Assembly (NCBI GenBank): GCA_015485665.1
Contig: WFTC01000019.1
Span: 83-64,082, forward strand
Origin: Candidatus Altimarinota bacterium
GTDB lineage: Bacteria > Patescibacteriota > Gracilibacteria > UBA1369 > 2-02-FULL-48-14
Direction: 5' to 3'
Length of the DNA stretch: 64,000 nucleotides
Below the pieces are notes generated by a model. It saw only the letters and a list, made by a program, of their open reading frames with translations, made no database searches and had not been told where the DNA came from. The position numbers and the translations under genes were made by a program. This document shows positions 48,538 to 58,976 of the stretch, piece after piece (the first letter of the stretch is position 1; the number at the start of each line of letters is the position of its first letter).

Positions 48538-49455
48538 ATGAAACATCTTCTTTCTTCTAAAGATTTGACTCGCGAAGAGATTGAGCGCTTCATAGACAGA
48601 GCGGAGACTTTTTTACCAATTGTGCGTGAAAAGCGATCTTTGGACTTGGCTAAAGGAAAAATTTTAGCAACACTTTTCTTTGAGCCTTCCACACGTACAC
48701 GTTTTTCATTTGAAACAGCAATGCTTCGTTTGGGAGGTTCTGTTATATCAAACGCAATGATGAAAGAAACTTCTTCCAGCAAGAAAGGAGAAACTTTGTA
48801 TGATAGTGGTAAAACAATTTCCACCTATGTGAATATAATTGCAATGCGGCATCCACAGCCTGGTTCCGTTGCCGAACTGTCAAGGGGGAGTGAAGTTCCG
48901 GTTATAAATGGAGGCGATGGACCTGCTGATCATCCCACTCAAGGGCTTTTGGATCTATTGACAATCAAGGAGCATGTGGGGCGGCTTGAAGATTTTACTT
49001 TTGTAGGTCTTGGTGATATGAAATACAGTCGGGTAGTGCATGCGGATGTAAATTTACTTTCCAAATTCCATTCAATTCGTTTTATTTTTGTTACACCTCC
49101 TGAACTTGCCATGCCTTCCGAATATATTGAAGTTTTGCAGGCTGCAGGTCATAGCGTGGAGCAACATTCCGATATGTTAAAAGCTTTGAAAGAAGCTGAC
49201 GTACTGGTTCAAACTCGTGTGCAAGAAGAGCGCTTTCCTTCACGTGAAGAATATTTTAAGTACAAAGGTCTTTACGTTATTGGGGAAGAAGAAATAAAGC
49301 TTATGAAAAAAACATCTGCCTTGTTGCATCCGCTTCCACGTGTTGATGAAATTTTACCGCAAGTGGATTGCGATCCGCGCGCAAAATATTTCATACAAGC
49401 TCAAAATGGAGTTGCCATGCGTATGGCTATTATTTCAGAATTACTTGCTTTATGA
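48538..49455 (+). CDS. pyrB: Aspartate carbamoyltransferase catalytic subunit
   Basis: It contains FFEPSTRTRFSFE, HPTQ and HPLPR. The start is at ATG 48538. Confidence 0.92.
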   Translation: MKHLLSSKDLTREEIERFIDRAETFLPIVREKRSLDLAKGKILATLFFEPSTRTRFSFETAMLRLGGSVISNAMMKETSSSKKGETLYDSGKTISTYVNIIAMRHPQPGSVAELSRGSEVPVINGGDGPADHPTQGLLDLLTIKEHVGRLEDFTFVGLGDMKYSRVVHADVNLLSKFHSIRFIFVTPPELAMPSEYIEVLQAAGHSVEQHSDMLKALKEADVLVQTRVQEERFPSREEYFKYKGLYVIGEEEIKLMKKTSALLHPLPRVDEILPQVDCDPRAKYFIQAQNGVAMRMAIISELLAL

Positions 49456-50747
49456 AATTGATTTTTAGAAATGTAAAGGTTGTGCGTGTTGATGGAGTAA
49501 ATGAAGAGGATATTTTTGTGCAAGGGGGTATTATTACCGGACCTTTTGATTTTGCCGATAAAGAAATAGATGGACGAGGAAAATTTTTATTACCTGGAGT
49601 GATTGATCCTCATGTACATTTTCGTGAGCCGGGTGCAGCTCATAAGGAAACTTGGGAAAGCGGTAGTGCTGCCGCCGCCATGGGTGGTGTTACTACTGTT
49701 TTGGATATGCCAAACAATGAACCTCCAATTATTTCAAGTGCAGCTCTGGAAGCGAAGCGTACTCATGTAAAAGGTAGAAGTTATGTGAATTATGGTTTCC
49801 ATTTTGGAGCTGCTGGCATTGGTAATATAGAGGAAATTGAAAAGGTGCAGAATGTTCCTGCAATTAAAATATATATGGGCAGTTCTACCGGAAATCTTTT
49901 GGTAGATAAAGCCATACAATGGGAAAAAGTTTTTGAAGTATGCAAAGAAAAAAACATTCCTGTTATAGTACATGCTGAGAATGAAGCACGCATTCAAAAG
50001 CGTAGTAAGATTTTTTTAGAGGAATCACATGTGCAAGTTCATTCTAAAATTCGTGATTGTGAATGCGCTAAAATTGCCATTTGTGAAGCTCTTTCTCTTC
50101 AGGAGAAGATAGGTAATAAATTACACATTGCTCATATGAGTTGCAAAGCGGAATTGGAAGAATTGCAGGCAAGGCAGAATCCTCTTTTGACTTGTGAAGT
50201 TGCACCTCATCATTTGTATTTCACAGTTGATGATATGAAAGACGGCTTTTTAAAGATGAATCCTCCTTTGCGTCAGGAGTCAGACTTAATTGCTTTATGG
50301 GAAGCCTTGCGAGGTGGCAGTATAAATTGTATCGCAACAGATCATGCACCTCATACCAAAGAAGAAAAATCAAAAGGGCTTGCATCTCCTTCAGGTGTGC
50401 CTGGGGTTGAGTTCAGTTTGCCTCTCATGCTTAATGAAGTATCTCAGAATATGTTAGATCTTAGTGATGTTGTAAGATTGATGGCTGCAGAGCCTGCAAG
50501 AATTTTTTCTTTGAAATCTAAAGGTGGGATTGAAGAGTTTATGGATGCGGATTTGGTATTGGTTGATATGGAAATGGAAAAGTGTATAAAAGAATTGGAT
50601 ATTTTTTCTGCTTGTGCTTGGTCACCTTATGTAGGATATACTTTGAAAGGTTGGCCCATAATGACTGTTGTAAAAGGCAATATTGTGATGGAAAATGGAA
50701 AGCTGACTGGTGAAAAGAAGGGGGAAGAGGTAATTGTTGATATTTAA
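49452..50747 (+). CDS. pyrC: Dihydroorotase
   Basis: It contains DPHVHFREPG and ATDHAPH. The start ATG 49452 overlaps the pyrB stop (ATGA). Confidence 0.9.
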   Translation: MKLIFRNVKVVRVDGVNEEDIFVQGGIITGPFDFADKEIDGRGKFLLPGVIDPHVHFREPGAAHKETWESGSAAAAMGGVTTVLDMPNNEPPIISSAALEAKRTHVKGRSYVNYGFHFGAAGIGNIEEIEKVQNVPAIKIYMGSSTGNLLVDKAIQWEKVFEVCKEKNIPVIVHAENEARIQKRSKIFLEESHVQVHSKIRDCECAKIAICEALSLQEKIGNKLHIAHMSCKAELEELQARQNPLLTCEVAPHHLYFTVDDMKDGFLKMNPPLRQESDLIALWEALRGGSINCIATDHAPHTKEEKSKGLASPSGVPGVEFSLPLMLNEVSQNMLDLSDVVRLMAAEPARIFSLKSKGGIEEFMDADLVLVDMEMEKCIKELDIFSACAWSPYVGYTLKGWPIMTVVKGNIVMENGKLTGEKKGEEVIVDI

Positions 50748-50767
50748 CTCTTTAAATTTTTATAGAT

Positions 50768-51412
50768 ATGAATACGGCAAAAAATATTGCCGAAGCTCTG
50801 CTTGATTATGAAGCAGTAAAAATTTCCTTGGATCCTTTGTTTACATGGACCAGTGGCATTAAATCACCGGTTTATTGTGATATGCGATCTATAACTTCAA
50901 ATGTAGATTTACGCCGTCGTATTATTAATGTCTTCATTGATATCCTTGAAGGTGATGATGTGGATGTTATTGCAGGTACTTCAACAGCGGGTATTTCGTG
51001 GGCAGCATGGCTTGCTGAAGCTTTGAATAAACCAATGGTCTATGTGCGTAAACGAGCAAAAGGTCATGGCACTAAAAAGAGGGTGGAGGGTCGTATGGAT
51101 AAAGCTCAATCTGTAGTACTTATTGAAGATCTTATTTCCATGGGTGGCAGTAGTGCTGCAAGTGTTAGGGCTTTGCAAGAAGACTGTGATGCAAATGTTG
51201 TAAAAGTGCTGGCAATAAATACTTATGGAATGAAAGAAGCTGATAAAATTTTTAAAGAATTTGATGTACCATTGCAAACAGTAACATCTTTTTCCACAAT
51301 TATTGATGTAGCTGTTCAGAGGGGAGATATAAATAAAGAGCAAGCATATATACTGCGTGAGTTCTCAATGGATCCTACAAGGTGGGCACAAAAACTTTCT
51401 CTTTTAAATTAG
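50768..51412 (+). CDS. pyrE: Orotate phosphoribosyltransferase
   Basis: It has the PRPP-binding loop VVLIEDLISMGGS, and FTWTSGIKSPVYCD. Confidence 0.85.
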   Translation: MNTAKNIAEALLDYEAVKISLDPLFTWTSGIKSPVYCDMRSITSNVDLRRRIINVFIDILEGDDVDVIAGTSTAGISWAAWLAEALNKPMVYVRKRAKGHGTKKRVEGRMDKAQSVVLIEDLISMGGSSAASVRALQEDCDANVVKVLAINTYGMKEADKIFKEFDVPLQTVTSFSTIIDVAVQRGDINKEQAYILREFSMDPTRWAQKLSLLN

Positions 51413-51433
51413 ACATTTAAAAATTTTTAAAAA

Positions 51434-52351
51434 ATGAATAAAAATTTTGCCGATAGGTTGGTAGATGCTATACGAATGAAAAATTCTGTGCTTTGCGTTG
51501 GTTTGGATCCTTGCATGGATCGTATTCCAAGAAGTATTGTAAGAGAGCATGTGAAAGAATTGAAAGATGACTATCAATTTGAGGCGGAATCTTTTTTGAA
51601 TTTCAGTAAAGGAATTATTGATGCAGTAAAGGATATTGCAGTTATGGTTAAGCCTCAAGCTGCTTTTTTTGAGCAATTTGGATGGATGGGAATGAGGGCT
51701 TTGGAGCATGTTTGCACCTATGCTCAAGAGCAGGGGCTTTTAGTGCTATTGGATGCCAAGCGAGGTGATATAGGTAGCACTGCTCAAGCTTATGCCACTG
51801 CTTATCTTTCAGATGTATATCCGGTAGATGCCATTACCGTTAATGCATATCTTGGGCGAGACGGTATAATGCCTTTTTTGGATGAATGTGGAAGGCACGG
51901 TAAAGGCATTTTCATTTTAGTTAAAACATCAAATCCCTCTTCAGGAGATCTTCAAGATAGGATTACGCAAGAAGAAGAAATGAGCATTGCGGAGTTAATG
52001 GGTCATTTTGTTGGAACATGGGGTTTTGATCATATTGGGAAAGAAAATTATTCTTCTGTAGGTGCTGTTGTAGCTGCAACTTATCCGAAAGAAGCTGCTA
52101 AGCTTCGTGAAATTATGCCAAATATATTTTTCCTTGCACCTGGATATGGAGCGCAAGGTGGTAATGCGGGTACTGTTGCATCATGTTTTGATGATGAGGG
52201 TTTGGGCTGTATTGTTAGTAGTTCAAGAGCAATTATTTATGCCTATGAAAAAGTGGAAGGTCCTGAAGATGGCTCTCATTATGCTCAAGCTACCAGAGAA
52301 GCCGCTATTGCAATGAGAGATGCACTCAATCAGGTAAGAAAGGCTTCATAA
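51434..52351 (+). CDS. pyrF: Orotidine-5'-phosphate decarboxylase (long, type 2)
   Basis: It contains LCVGLDP, LDAKRGDIGST and PGYGAQGG. Confidence 0.85.
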   Translation: MNKNFADRLVDAIRMKNSVLCVGLDPCMDRIPRSIVREHVKELKDDYQFEAESFLNFSKGIIDAVKDIAVMVKPQAAFFEQFGWMGMRALEHVCTYAQEQGLLVLLDAKRGDIGSTAQAYATAYLSDVYPVDAITVNAYLGRDGIMPFLDECGRHGKGIFILVKTSNPSSGDLQDRITQEEEMSIAELMGHFVGTWGFDHIGKENYSSVGAVVAATYPKEAAKLREIMPNIFFLAPGYGAQGGNAGTVASCFDDEGLGCIVSSSRAIIYAYEKVEGPEDGSHYAQATREAAIAMRDALNQVRKAS

Positions 52352-53112
52352 ATGAGTCCCCATTCTTCAATACTCAGAGCTTCCGCTCTGATGTCTTTGT
52401 TGATTCCCAATTTTGTCAGTCTTTCTTTTATTTCATTTGCCTGCAAATTTAAAACATTAGATAAATTTTTGCTCAATTTCTTCCGTTTTTGAGCAAAACT
52501 GACTTTAAAAAGCCAAAACAGTTTTTTTAAATCCACATCTAATTTCGCCTTTTCATTAACATTAATTTTAATTACGGCTGAGTCAACTTTAGGACGTGGA
52601 TTAAAAGCTCTTTTTTCTACGCTACAGATCCATTTTGGCTCTCCAAACATATGTACTTGCAAAGATAATAAGCTATGTTTAGCTTTTTTTGCCATGATTT
52701 TCTGCGCTACTTCTTTTTGAAGCATGAATATTATTGACTTTGGAGGATTTCCATCTAAAAATTGCTCAAATAAATAGTGTCTTAGAAGAGGTGAGGTAAT
52801 GTAGTACGGAATGTTTGCCACAATTTTATAAGTAGTGGATGGTGGTTTATAGCTAAGTGCATCAATATGTAGCAGGTGAAAATTTTTGCGTCCGGAGTAA
52901 CGTTTCTTTAAAAAAGATATTAATCTTTCATCCAATTCCAAGGCGGTTACTTGTGCAGCCTTATCTAGCAATTTGTCGGTTAGAGCACCTTTCCCTGGAC
53001 CTATTTCAAGTACATGATCATTGGGAAGCAAACTTGCAGCTTCAATAATATGCAGTAATGTATTTTCATCCTCAAGAAAATTTTGCCCCAAAGATTTCTT
53101 TGCTTGTATCAT
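52330..53112 (-). CDS. rsmA: 16S rRNA (adenine1518/1519-N6)-dimethyltransferase
   Basis: It contains KKSLGQNFL, EIGPGKGALT and ANIPYYITSP. Confidence 0.9.
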   Translation of the reverse strand: MIQAKKSLGQNFLEDENTLLHIIEAASLLPNDHVLEIGPGKGALTDKLLDKAAQVTALELDERLISFLKKRYSGRKNFHLLHIDALSYKPPSTTYKIVANIPYYITSPLLRHYLFEQFLDGNPPKSIIFMLQKEVAQKIMAKKAKHSLLSLQVHMFGEPKWICSVEKRAFNPRPKVDSAVIKINVNEKAKLDVDLKKLFWLFKVSFAQKRKKLSKNLSNVLNLQANEIKERLTKLGINKDIRAEALSIEEWGLIYEAFLT

Positions 53113-53411
53113 ATTATCAGATTAGCATGATTTCTACTCTTCTTTGAGGCATATTTGTTGTCTGAATTTAAGTATGATAAATCAACATCATCAGGAAGCT
53201 TTAATAATTTTCTTTGCTCTTTGTGGCCACTTATTATTGAGATTTTATCTTTATGAGTCATAAGTTTTTTTGATAAAAAATCAATTAACTCTTTATTGGC
53301 ACGACCTTTCTCGGGTGCTGATTTTAGCCTGAATTTATAAGTTTCATCTTCCATCATCTCTACAAATTCAGTAACTCTAGACTTTGGAATGACTTTGACT
53401 TGAATATACAT
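53109..53411 (-). CDS. DUF167 (YggU) family protein
   Basis: It contains VKVIPKSR...APEKGRANKELIDFLSK and is 100 aa long. Confidence 0.7.
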   Translation of the reverse strand: MYIQVKVIPKSRVTEFVEMMEDETYKFRLKSAPEKGRANKELIDFLSKKLMTHKDKISIISGHKEQRKLLKLPDDVDLSYLNSDNKYASKKSRNHANLII

Positions 53412-53420
53412 TTTTATTTC

Positions 53421-56048
53421 TTATACATATTCTGATTGAGTTTTGGTTTTTTTCCACATTTCCAATATAGATATAGAAATCATACAAATGCCGAGTATCC
53501 ACATCCAATCAATTGCTTTTAAAGGGCGAGTTTCTAAAATATCTTGCATAAAAGGTGAATAAATTACAAATATTTGTAGTATTACTGTTGCGACTGTTCC
53601 AAAAAGCATCAATTTGTTTTTAAAGAAGTTACTAAAAAAATGACTGTGTTCGTATCTCACTACAAATACGAGTAATAACTCATAAATTACCGTGAAAGTC
53701 ATTATTATTGTTCTTGTATGTTCTATGCTTTGATAACCTAAGTATCTGAAATAAAGCAGAAGGGAAGCAGTAGTGGATACTATTCCGGCAAGAATACTGA
53801 AGCTTAAAAGATCTTTCCAAATGCTTTTTTTGCCGTCACGAGGTTTTAGTTTCATTATGTTTTTTTGAGGAACATCTATGCCAAGTGCGATTCCCGGTAG
53901 AGCATCTGTAAGCAAATTAATCCATAAAATTTGCAAAGGAATGAAGGGTAAAGGTGTACCAAGTAAAAACACAATGCTAATAAATAGCATTTCATCAAAA
54001 TTTCCACTTAATGAATAACGTACAAATTTTTTAATATTTCTGTAAATAACCCTGCCTTTTTCAACTGCTTTTACAATTGTGGCAAAATTATCGTCTGTAA
54101 GTATCATGTTCCCCGCTTCTTTTGCTACATCAGTTCCCGTAATTCCCATAGTAATACCAATATCTGCACGCTTTAAAGCCGGTGCATCATTCACTCCATC
54201 TCCCGTCATAGCTACAATATGTCCTTTTTCTTGTAAAGCTTTGAGTATTTTTACTTTATGTTTTGGATTGACTCGTGCATAAATTTTTACTTTATCCACT
54301 ATTTTTCTTAGATTTGTAATCGACATTTTTTCAAGTTCAAAACCGCTGATGATTTTATCTCCTTCATTATAAAGACCTATTAACTTGCCTATGGCTTTTG
54401 CTGTTAATACATGATCTCCGGTTATCATGATCACATCAATATGAGCTTGATGACACTTTTCAATAGCATATTTAATTTCTCTGCGTGGAGGATCAATCAT
54501 TCCAACCAAACCTACAAAAATAAGATTTTTTTCTTCAGGTTCAGCATTTTTCTTCAAAGGTTTGTATGCCATGGCTAAGACCCGATGAGCTTCATTTGCC
54601 CATTCTTCATTCACTTTCATGATGTTGCTTTTCATTTTCTTTGTAAGTTTGTATATTTTGCCGTGATAAAGTGCATGGCTGCATTTTTCAATTAATACTT
54701 CCGGAGCTCCTTTTGTTAGCAAAGTATTGTTATTGATTGTGGACATAAGTTTTCTTTCCGAATCAAAAATATATTCTTTACTGCGTGGTTCTTTTGCAGC
54801 CAATACTTGTGGATCAACGCCTCCTTTATAAGCCAATGTGAGTAAACAAGCTTCTGTAGGATCACCCAACGCTTTGTAACAATCATTTTCTTTTACAAGT
54901 GCGGAATTGTTGCAAAGTCCTGCAATTTTCAGAAGCATATTTAATGCCTGTGATGCTTCACCTTCAATTTCACCTTTTGGTGAATAACCAAGTCCGCTTA
55001 CTTTGCGAGTAACTTCATCAATCCAAATGACTTGCACTGTCATCTGATTCTGCGTGAGAGTTCCTGTTTTGTCAGTACAAATTACATCTGTGCTTCCAAG
55101 AGTTTCAGCAGATGAGAGCGTTCTTATGATTGCATTCTCAGAGGCCATTTTTTGAACTCCTATGGCAAGAGTAAGAGTGATTACTGCAGGTAATCCTTCA
55201 GGAATTACGCTTACTGCAAGACTTATGCTGAGCATAAACATTTCAATAATATCTCTTCCCATTAAGACTGCTGATAAGAAGAGCAAAGTTATGGCAAACA
55301 ATATTATTCCAGCCAATATTTTACTGAGTTGATTTAATTGTTTCTGTAAAGGTGTAAGCTCATTTTTTTCTTTTTGAACCATGCTTGCTATTTTTCCGAA
55401 TTCGGTTTGCATACCAATATCAGTTACCACCGCTTTTCCATGACCTTGACTTATTACACTACCCATAAAAACCATATTACCAAGGTCTCCAATGCTTTTA
55501 TATTCTTTAATTGGAAGCGTATGTTTTTCACTTGCAAGACTTTCTCCTGTAAGAGCTGATTCTATACATTTCAGCTGCATGGCTTCAATCAAGCGAGCAT
55601 CAGCCGGTATGCGGGCACCTTCTTTGAGAATAATTATATCGCCGGGCACCAATTCACTTGCCTCTATTTGACTTATTTTGCCTTCTCTTACAACGAGTGC
55701 ATTTACTGTAAGCATTTTTTTAAGGGCAGCCACCGCTTTTTCTGCGCGGAATTCTTGAATGAATCCCATTATTGCAATAATAAAAACAATTATGCCTATG
55801 GCAGCTGCATCTATTATTTCGTCAAATTTGTAACTTACAATCATGGCAATCAATAAAATGACGACCATAATATTTTTGAATTGTCTAAAAAAAATATGAG
55901 ATATCTTTACTTTATTTGCATCCGTTATGCGGTTATAACCGTATATACCCCGTCTTTGTTTTACTTCTTTATTTGAAAGACCCTGCTCGTTTGTTTTGAG
56001 TTGGTATAATAGAGTTTTAATATCTTGAGCGTGGTATTTGATCATCAA
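53421..56048 (-). CDS. Cation-transporting P-type ATPase (type II, Ca2+/Mg2+-like)
   Basis: It contains ICTDKTGTLT, MITGDH, TGDGVNDAPALKRADIG and PEGLP. Confidence 0.92.
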   Translation of the reverse strand: MMIKYHAQDIKTLLYQLKTNEQGLSNKEVKQRRGIYGYNRITDANKVKISHIFFRQFKNIMVVILLIAMIVSYKFDEIIDAAAIGIIVFIIAIMGFIQEFRAEKAVAALKKMLTVNALVVREGKISQIEASELVPGDIIILKEGARIPADARLIEAMQLKCIESALTGESLASEKHTLPIKEYKSIGDLGNMVFMGSVISQGHGKAVVTDIGMQTEFGKIASMVQKEKNELTPLQKQLNQLSKILAGIILFAITLLFLSAVLMGRDIIEMFMLSISLAVSVIPEGLPAVITLTLAIGVQKMASENAIIRTLSSAETLGSTDVICTDKTGTLTQNQMTVQVIWIDEVTRKVSGLGYSPKGEIEGEASQALNMLLKIAGLCNNSALVKENDCYKALGDPTEACLLTLAYKGGVDPQVLAAKEPRSKEYIFDSERKLMSTINNNTLLTKGAPEVLIEKCSHALYHGKIYKLTKKMKSNIMKVNEEWANEAHRVLAMAYKPLKKNAEPEEKNLIFVGLVGMIDPPRREIKYAIEKCHQAHIDVIMITGDHVLTAKAIGKLIGLYNEGDKIISGFELEKMSITNLRKIVDKVKIYARVNPKHKVKILKALQEKGHIVAMTGDGVNDAPALKRADIGITMGITGTDVAKEAGNMILTDDNFATIVKAVEKGRVIYRNIKKFVRYSLSGNFDEMLFISIVFLLGTPLPFIPLQILWINLLTDALPGIALGIDVPQKNIMKLKPRDGKKSIWKDLLSFSILAGIVSTTASLLLYFRYLGYQSIEHTRTIIMTFTVIYELLLVFVVRYEHSHFFSNFFKNKLMLFGTVATVILQIFVIYSPFMQDILETRPLKAIDWMWILGICMISISILEMWKKTKTQSEYV

Positions 56049-56050
56049 AG

Positions 56051-56695
56051 TTATTGTAGATGATCTTTACGCCATTTTTCAATTGCGGCATGATTTCCGC
56101 TTAAAAGCACATCAGGCACTTTCATGCCACGAAAATCTGCCGGCTTGGTATAATGCGGGTGTTCCTTTTTGCCATCAAAGGCGGAGCTGAATGAGTCGTG
56201 ATGTATGCTTTTTTCATCTCCCAATACCCCAGGTAGCAATCTTACTATTGCATCCACCACTACCAAAGCCGCCAGTTCTCCTCCCGTTAAAACATAATCG
56301 CCAATAGAAATTTCTTCATCTACCAAAGCTTCGCGTACTCTGTAATCAATTCCTTCATAACGCCCACATAAAAATATTAAATTAGTGGATTTTGCAAGTG
56401 ATGCAGCTTTTGCTTGTTTAAAAACTTTTCCTTGCGGCGTCAAATAAATTACCGGACCTTTATTAAATGTTTTAAGCTGTTCAATTGCATCAAAAATAGG
56501 TTGGCAAGTCATGAGCATACCTGCTCCTCCACCATATGGGGTGTCATCCACTTTTTTATGTTTATCAAGACTATAATCACGAATATCATGCACATGAATT
56601 TCCACAGCTTTTGAATCCAGAGCCCGCTTTAAAATTGATTCTCCAAAGTAGGGTAGAAGCAAAGATGGAAATAAAGTGAGTATATCTACTCGCAT
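56051..56695 (-). CDS. trmD: tRNA (guanine37-N1)-methyltransferase
   Basis: It contains [24 protein letters not shown] and [11 protein letters not shown]. Confidence 0.92.
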   Translation of the reverse strand: MRVDILTLFPSLLLPYFGESILKRALDSKAVEIHVHDIRDYSLDKHKKVDDTPYGGGAGMLMTCQPIFDAIEQLKTFNKGPVIYLTPQGKVFKQAKAASLAKSTNLIFLCGRYEGIDYRVREALVDEEISIGDYVLTGGELAALVVVDAIVRLLPGVLGDEKSIHHDSFSSAFDGKKEHPHYTKPADFRGMKVPDVLLSGNHAAIEKWRKDHLQ

Positions 56696-56706
56696 GAAAG
56701 GCGTAA

Positions 56707-57120
56707 TTAACGCTTTGAGAACTGTTCGGCACGACGAGCTTTGTGCAGACCGGGCTTCTTGCGTTCTTTTTTCCTGCTGTCTCTCGTTAAGTAGCCTTCA
56801 GGTTTTAGCTTTTGTCTGTGATTTGAATCAGCTTCCATAAGCGCTTTTGCAATACCATGTCTGCATGCTTCAGCTTGCCCTTGCATTCCGCCTCCTTCAA
56901 CTTTAATGGATACATCATATTTGCCTTTTTGCCCTGTCAATTCAAGAGGTGCAATCATAACATTAACCATGTCCAAAGTGGGGAAGTAAGTTGAAGCTTC
57001 TTTTCCGTTTACAATCATGCGACCGTTACCCTTATAAAGGCGTACACGAGCAACGGCGCGTTTTCGCTTTCCGTTAGCGTAGAAATAAGTTCCTGAGAAA
57101 GTGGTTGCTTTATCGCTCAT
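56707..57120 (-). CDS. rpsI: 30S ribosomal protein S9
   Basis: [12 protein letters not shown]...GGG..GQA, with a C-terminal [18 protein letters not shown]. Confidence 0.95.
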   Translation of the reverse strand: MSDKATTFSGTYFYANGKRKRAVARVRLYKGNGRMIVNGKEASTYFPTLDMVNVMIAPLELTGQKGKYDVSIKVEGGGMQGQAEACRHGIAKALMEADSNHRQKLKPEGYLTRDSRKKERKKPGLHKARRAEQFSKR

Positions 57121-57128
57121 AATTCAAA

Positions 57129-57563
57129 TTAAAGTGATAGTTGCTTAGGGTTTTGTCCCGCATGAGGATGATCTGATTCAGCGTATATGTGAAGCTTTCC
57201 AAGAATATGTTTTTTAAGACGGTTTCTTGGGATCATACCGGATATTGCCTTTTCTAAAATACGTTCAGGGTATGTTTCACGCATTTTTTTTGCACTGACG
57301 GCTTTCAATGCGCCTGGATACCCACTGTGAGAATAATAAATTTTATTGCTTTCTTTGTTTCCGGTTAGGACAATATGTTTTGCATTTATTATAATAAGAT
57401 TATCTCCACAGTCTACGGAAGGATGCCAGCAGGCTTTGTTTTTTCCACGCAATGTGTCTGCTGCAAGTGTCGCAAGTTTTCCAAGCACCATACCTTTCGC
57501 ATCTATCAGATACCACTGACGAGAGGCTTTTATGTCTGCGAGTTTTGGATGAGTCGTTGTCAT
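57129..57563 (-). CDS. rplM: 50S ribosomal protein L13
   Basis: It contains WYLIDAKGMVLGKLAT and YYSHSGYPG. Confidence 0.95.
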   Translation of the reverse strand: MTTTHPKLADIKASRQWYLIDAKGMVLGKLATLAADTLRGKNKACWHPSVDCGDNLIIINAKHIVLTGNKESNKIYYSHSGYPGALKAVSAKKMRETYPERILEKAISGMIPRNRLKKHILGKLHIYAESDHPHAGQNPKQLSL

Positions 57564-57579
57564 TTTTTATGCAAAGTAT

Positions 57580-57933
57580 TTATACGAGTTGAATTTGTAC
57601 CATTTCAGCTGCATCACCGCTGCGATAGCCAACTTTTATGATTCTAGTATAACCTCCAGATCTTTCTTTGTATCTTTCTTTCAGAACTTCAAGCAATTTG
57701 CGACTTGCATTTTCATCAAGTACAACTTTTCCAATTTGACGAATGGCATTTTGAGTATCTTTCATTTTGGCTTTTGTTATCAGTTGCTCAACAATCGGCT
57801 GAACCATTTTTGCTTTAGCTCTGGTTGTTTTTACACTTTCGTGCAGGATTATTGAAGTTGCAAGGTTCCTAAGCATAAGCTTTAGGTGATCCCGCTGCAT
57901 ATTCAGTGATTTTCGTTTCTTTTGATGTCTCAT
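57580..57933 (-). CDS. rplQ: 50S ribosomal protein L17
   Basis: It contains MRHQKKRKSLNM..HLKLMLRNL and GGYTRI. Confidence 0.95.
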   Translation of the reverse strand: MRHQKKRKSLNMQRDHLKLMLRNLATSIILHESVKTTRAKAKMVQPIVEQLITKAKMKDTQNAIRQIGKVVLDENASRKLLEVLKERYKERSGGYTRIIKVGYRSGDAAEMVQIQLV

Positions 57934-57983
57934 GATTTAAATGAAAGGAGCCAGACTATAAATAAAAGAGTGTTTTAAGTCAA

Positions 57984-58958
57984 TTATTCTTCTTCGGAAA
58001 GTGCTAAACCTCGTTTTTCAAGAGCGTCTGCCACTTCTGTTAAAGCTTTTTTACCGAAACCTCGCAGATTGGAGAGTTTGGATTCATTACATTTTACCAA
58101 TTGTTCAATTGATCCTATATCACCGTTTATCAAAGAATTTAAAGTGCGTGGAGAAAGGCCAAGAATTTCAATAGGAGTGTAAGATTCTTGTTTTGGCTTG
58201 GCATTTTCCTCCTCAGCTTTTGCTTTCGCGGCAATTTTTTCAAAATCACTGAGGAATTCCGGTTCAACTTGCTTGTCTTCTCTATTGAAAATATTGAAGT
58301 ATGACTCCAATACACTTGCAGCAAATTTCATTGCCTCCTCCGGAGTTAGGGAGCCGTTCGTTTTAATTTCAAGATTTAACTTGTCAAGGTTTGTACGTTT
58401 TCCAACACGTGTATTTTCAACTGTATAGTGTATGCGAGCGAGAGGAGAAAAAACAGAATCCACTTGAATCAGACCAGCTTCTATCTTTTCACCTATTACG
58501 GAAGCACGATAACCCACATTCTTTTCAACGATAATTTCCATTTCCAAAGATCCTCCTTTCTCTATTTTAGTAATATAAAGTTCAGGATTATGGATTGTAA
58601 CACCACCCGGAGTTTCAATATCTTTAGCTGTAACTATACCGCTTTTTTTTGCAGACAGCTTCAAACTCAAACTTTCATTTGAATCTATGCTGAGAGCCAA
58701 CTGCTTTAAATTTAGAATGATATCAAGGACACTGTCTGTTACTCCTTTGAGAGTTGTGTATTCATGGGTTACACCTTTGATTTTTACACCGGTAACAGCG
58801 GCTCCAGGTAAGGAAGAGAGCAGCACTCTACGCAAAGCGTTTCCGAGTGTTGTTCCATATCCTTGAGGAAGAGGACTGATGGTAAATATGGCGTGAAAGT
58901 CACCCATTGACTTTTCAGTGATCTTAGGTAGACCAATTTCTTCCTGAATAATATGCAT
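57984..58958 (-). CDS. rpoA: DNA-directed RNA polymerase subunit alpha
   Basis: It contains GTTLGNALRRVLLSSLPGAA and the C-terminal domain LGLSPRTLNSL. Confidence 0.95.
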   Translation of the reverse strand: MHIIQEEIGLPKITEKSMGDFHAIFTISPLPQGYGTTLGNALRRVLLSSLPGAAVTGVKIKGVTHEYTTLKGVTDSVLDIILNLKQLALSIDSNESLSLKLSAKKSGIVTAKDIETPGGVTIHNPELYITKIEKGGSLEMEIIVEKNVGYRASVIGEKIEAGLIQVDSVFSPLARIHYTVENTRVGKRTNLDKLNLEIKTNGSLTPEEAMKFAASVLESYFNIFNREDKQVEPEFLSDFEKIAAKAKAEEENAKPKQESYTPIEILGLSPRTLNSLINGDIGSIEQLVKCNESKLSNLRGFGKKALTEVADALEKRGLALSEEE

Positions 58959-58976
58959 AGGGAAGGCGTTATGGGA

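Noticed and set aside
49368-49451. N-terminal extension of the pyrC ORF
   Set aside because: The extension overlaps the pyrB 3' end in another frame. The conserved dihydroorotase sequence begins at ATG 49452, which overlaps the pyrB stop.
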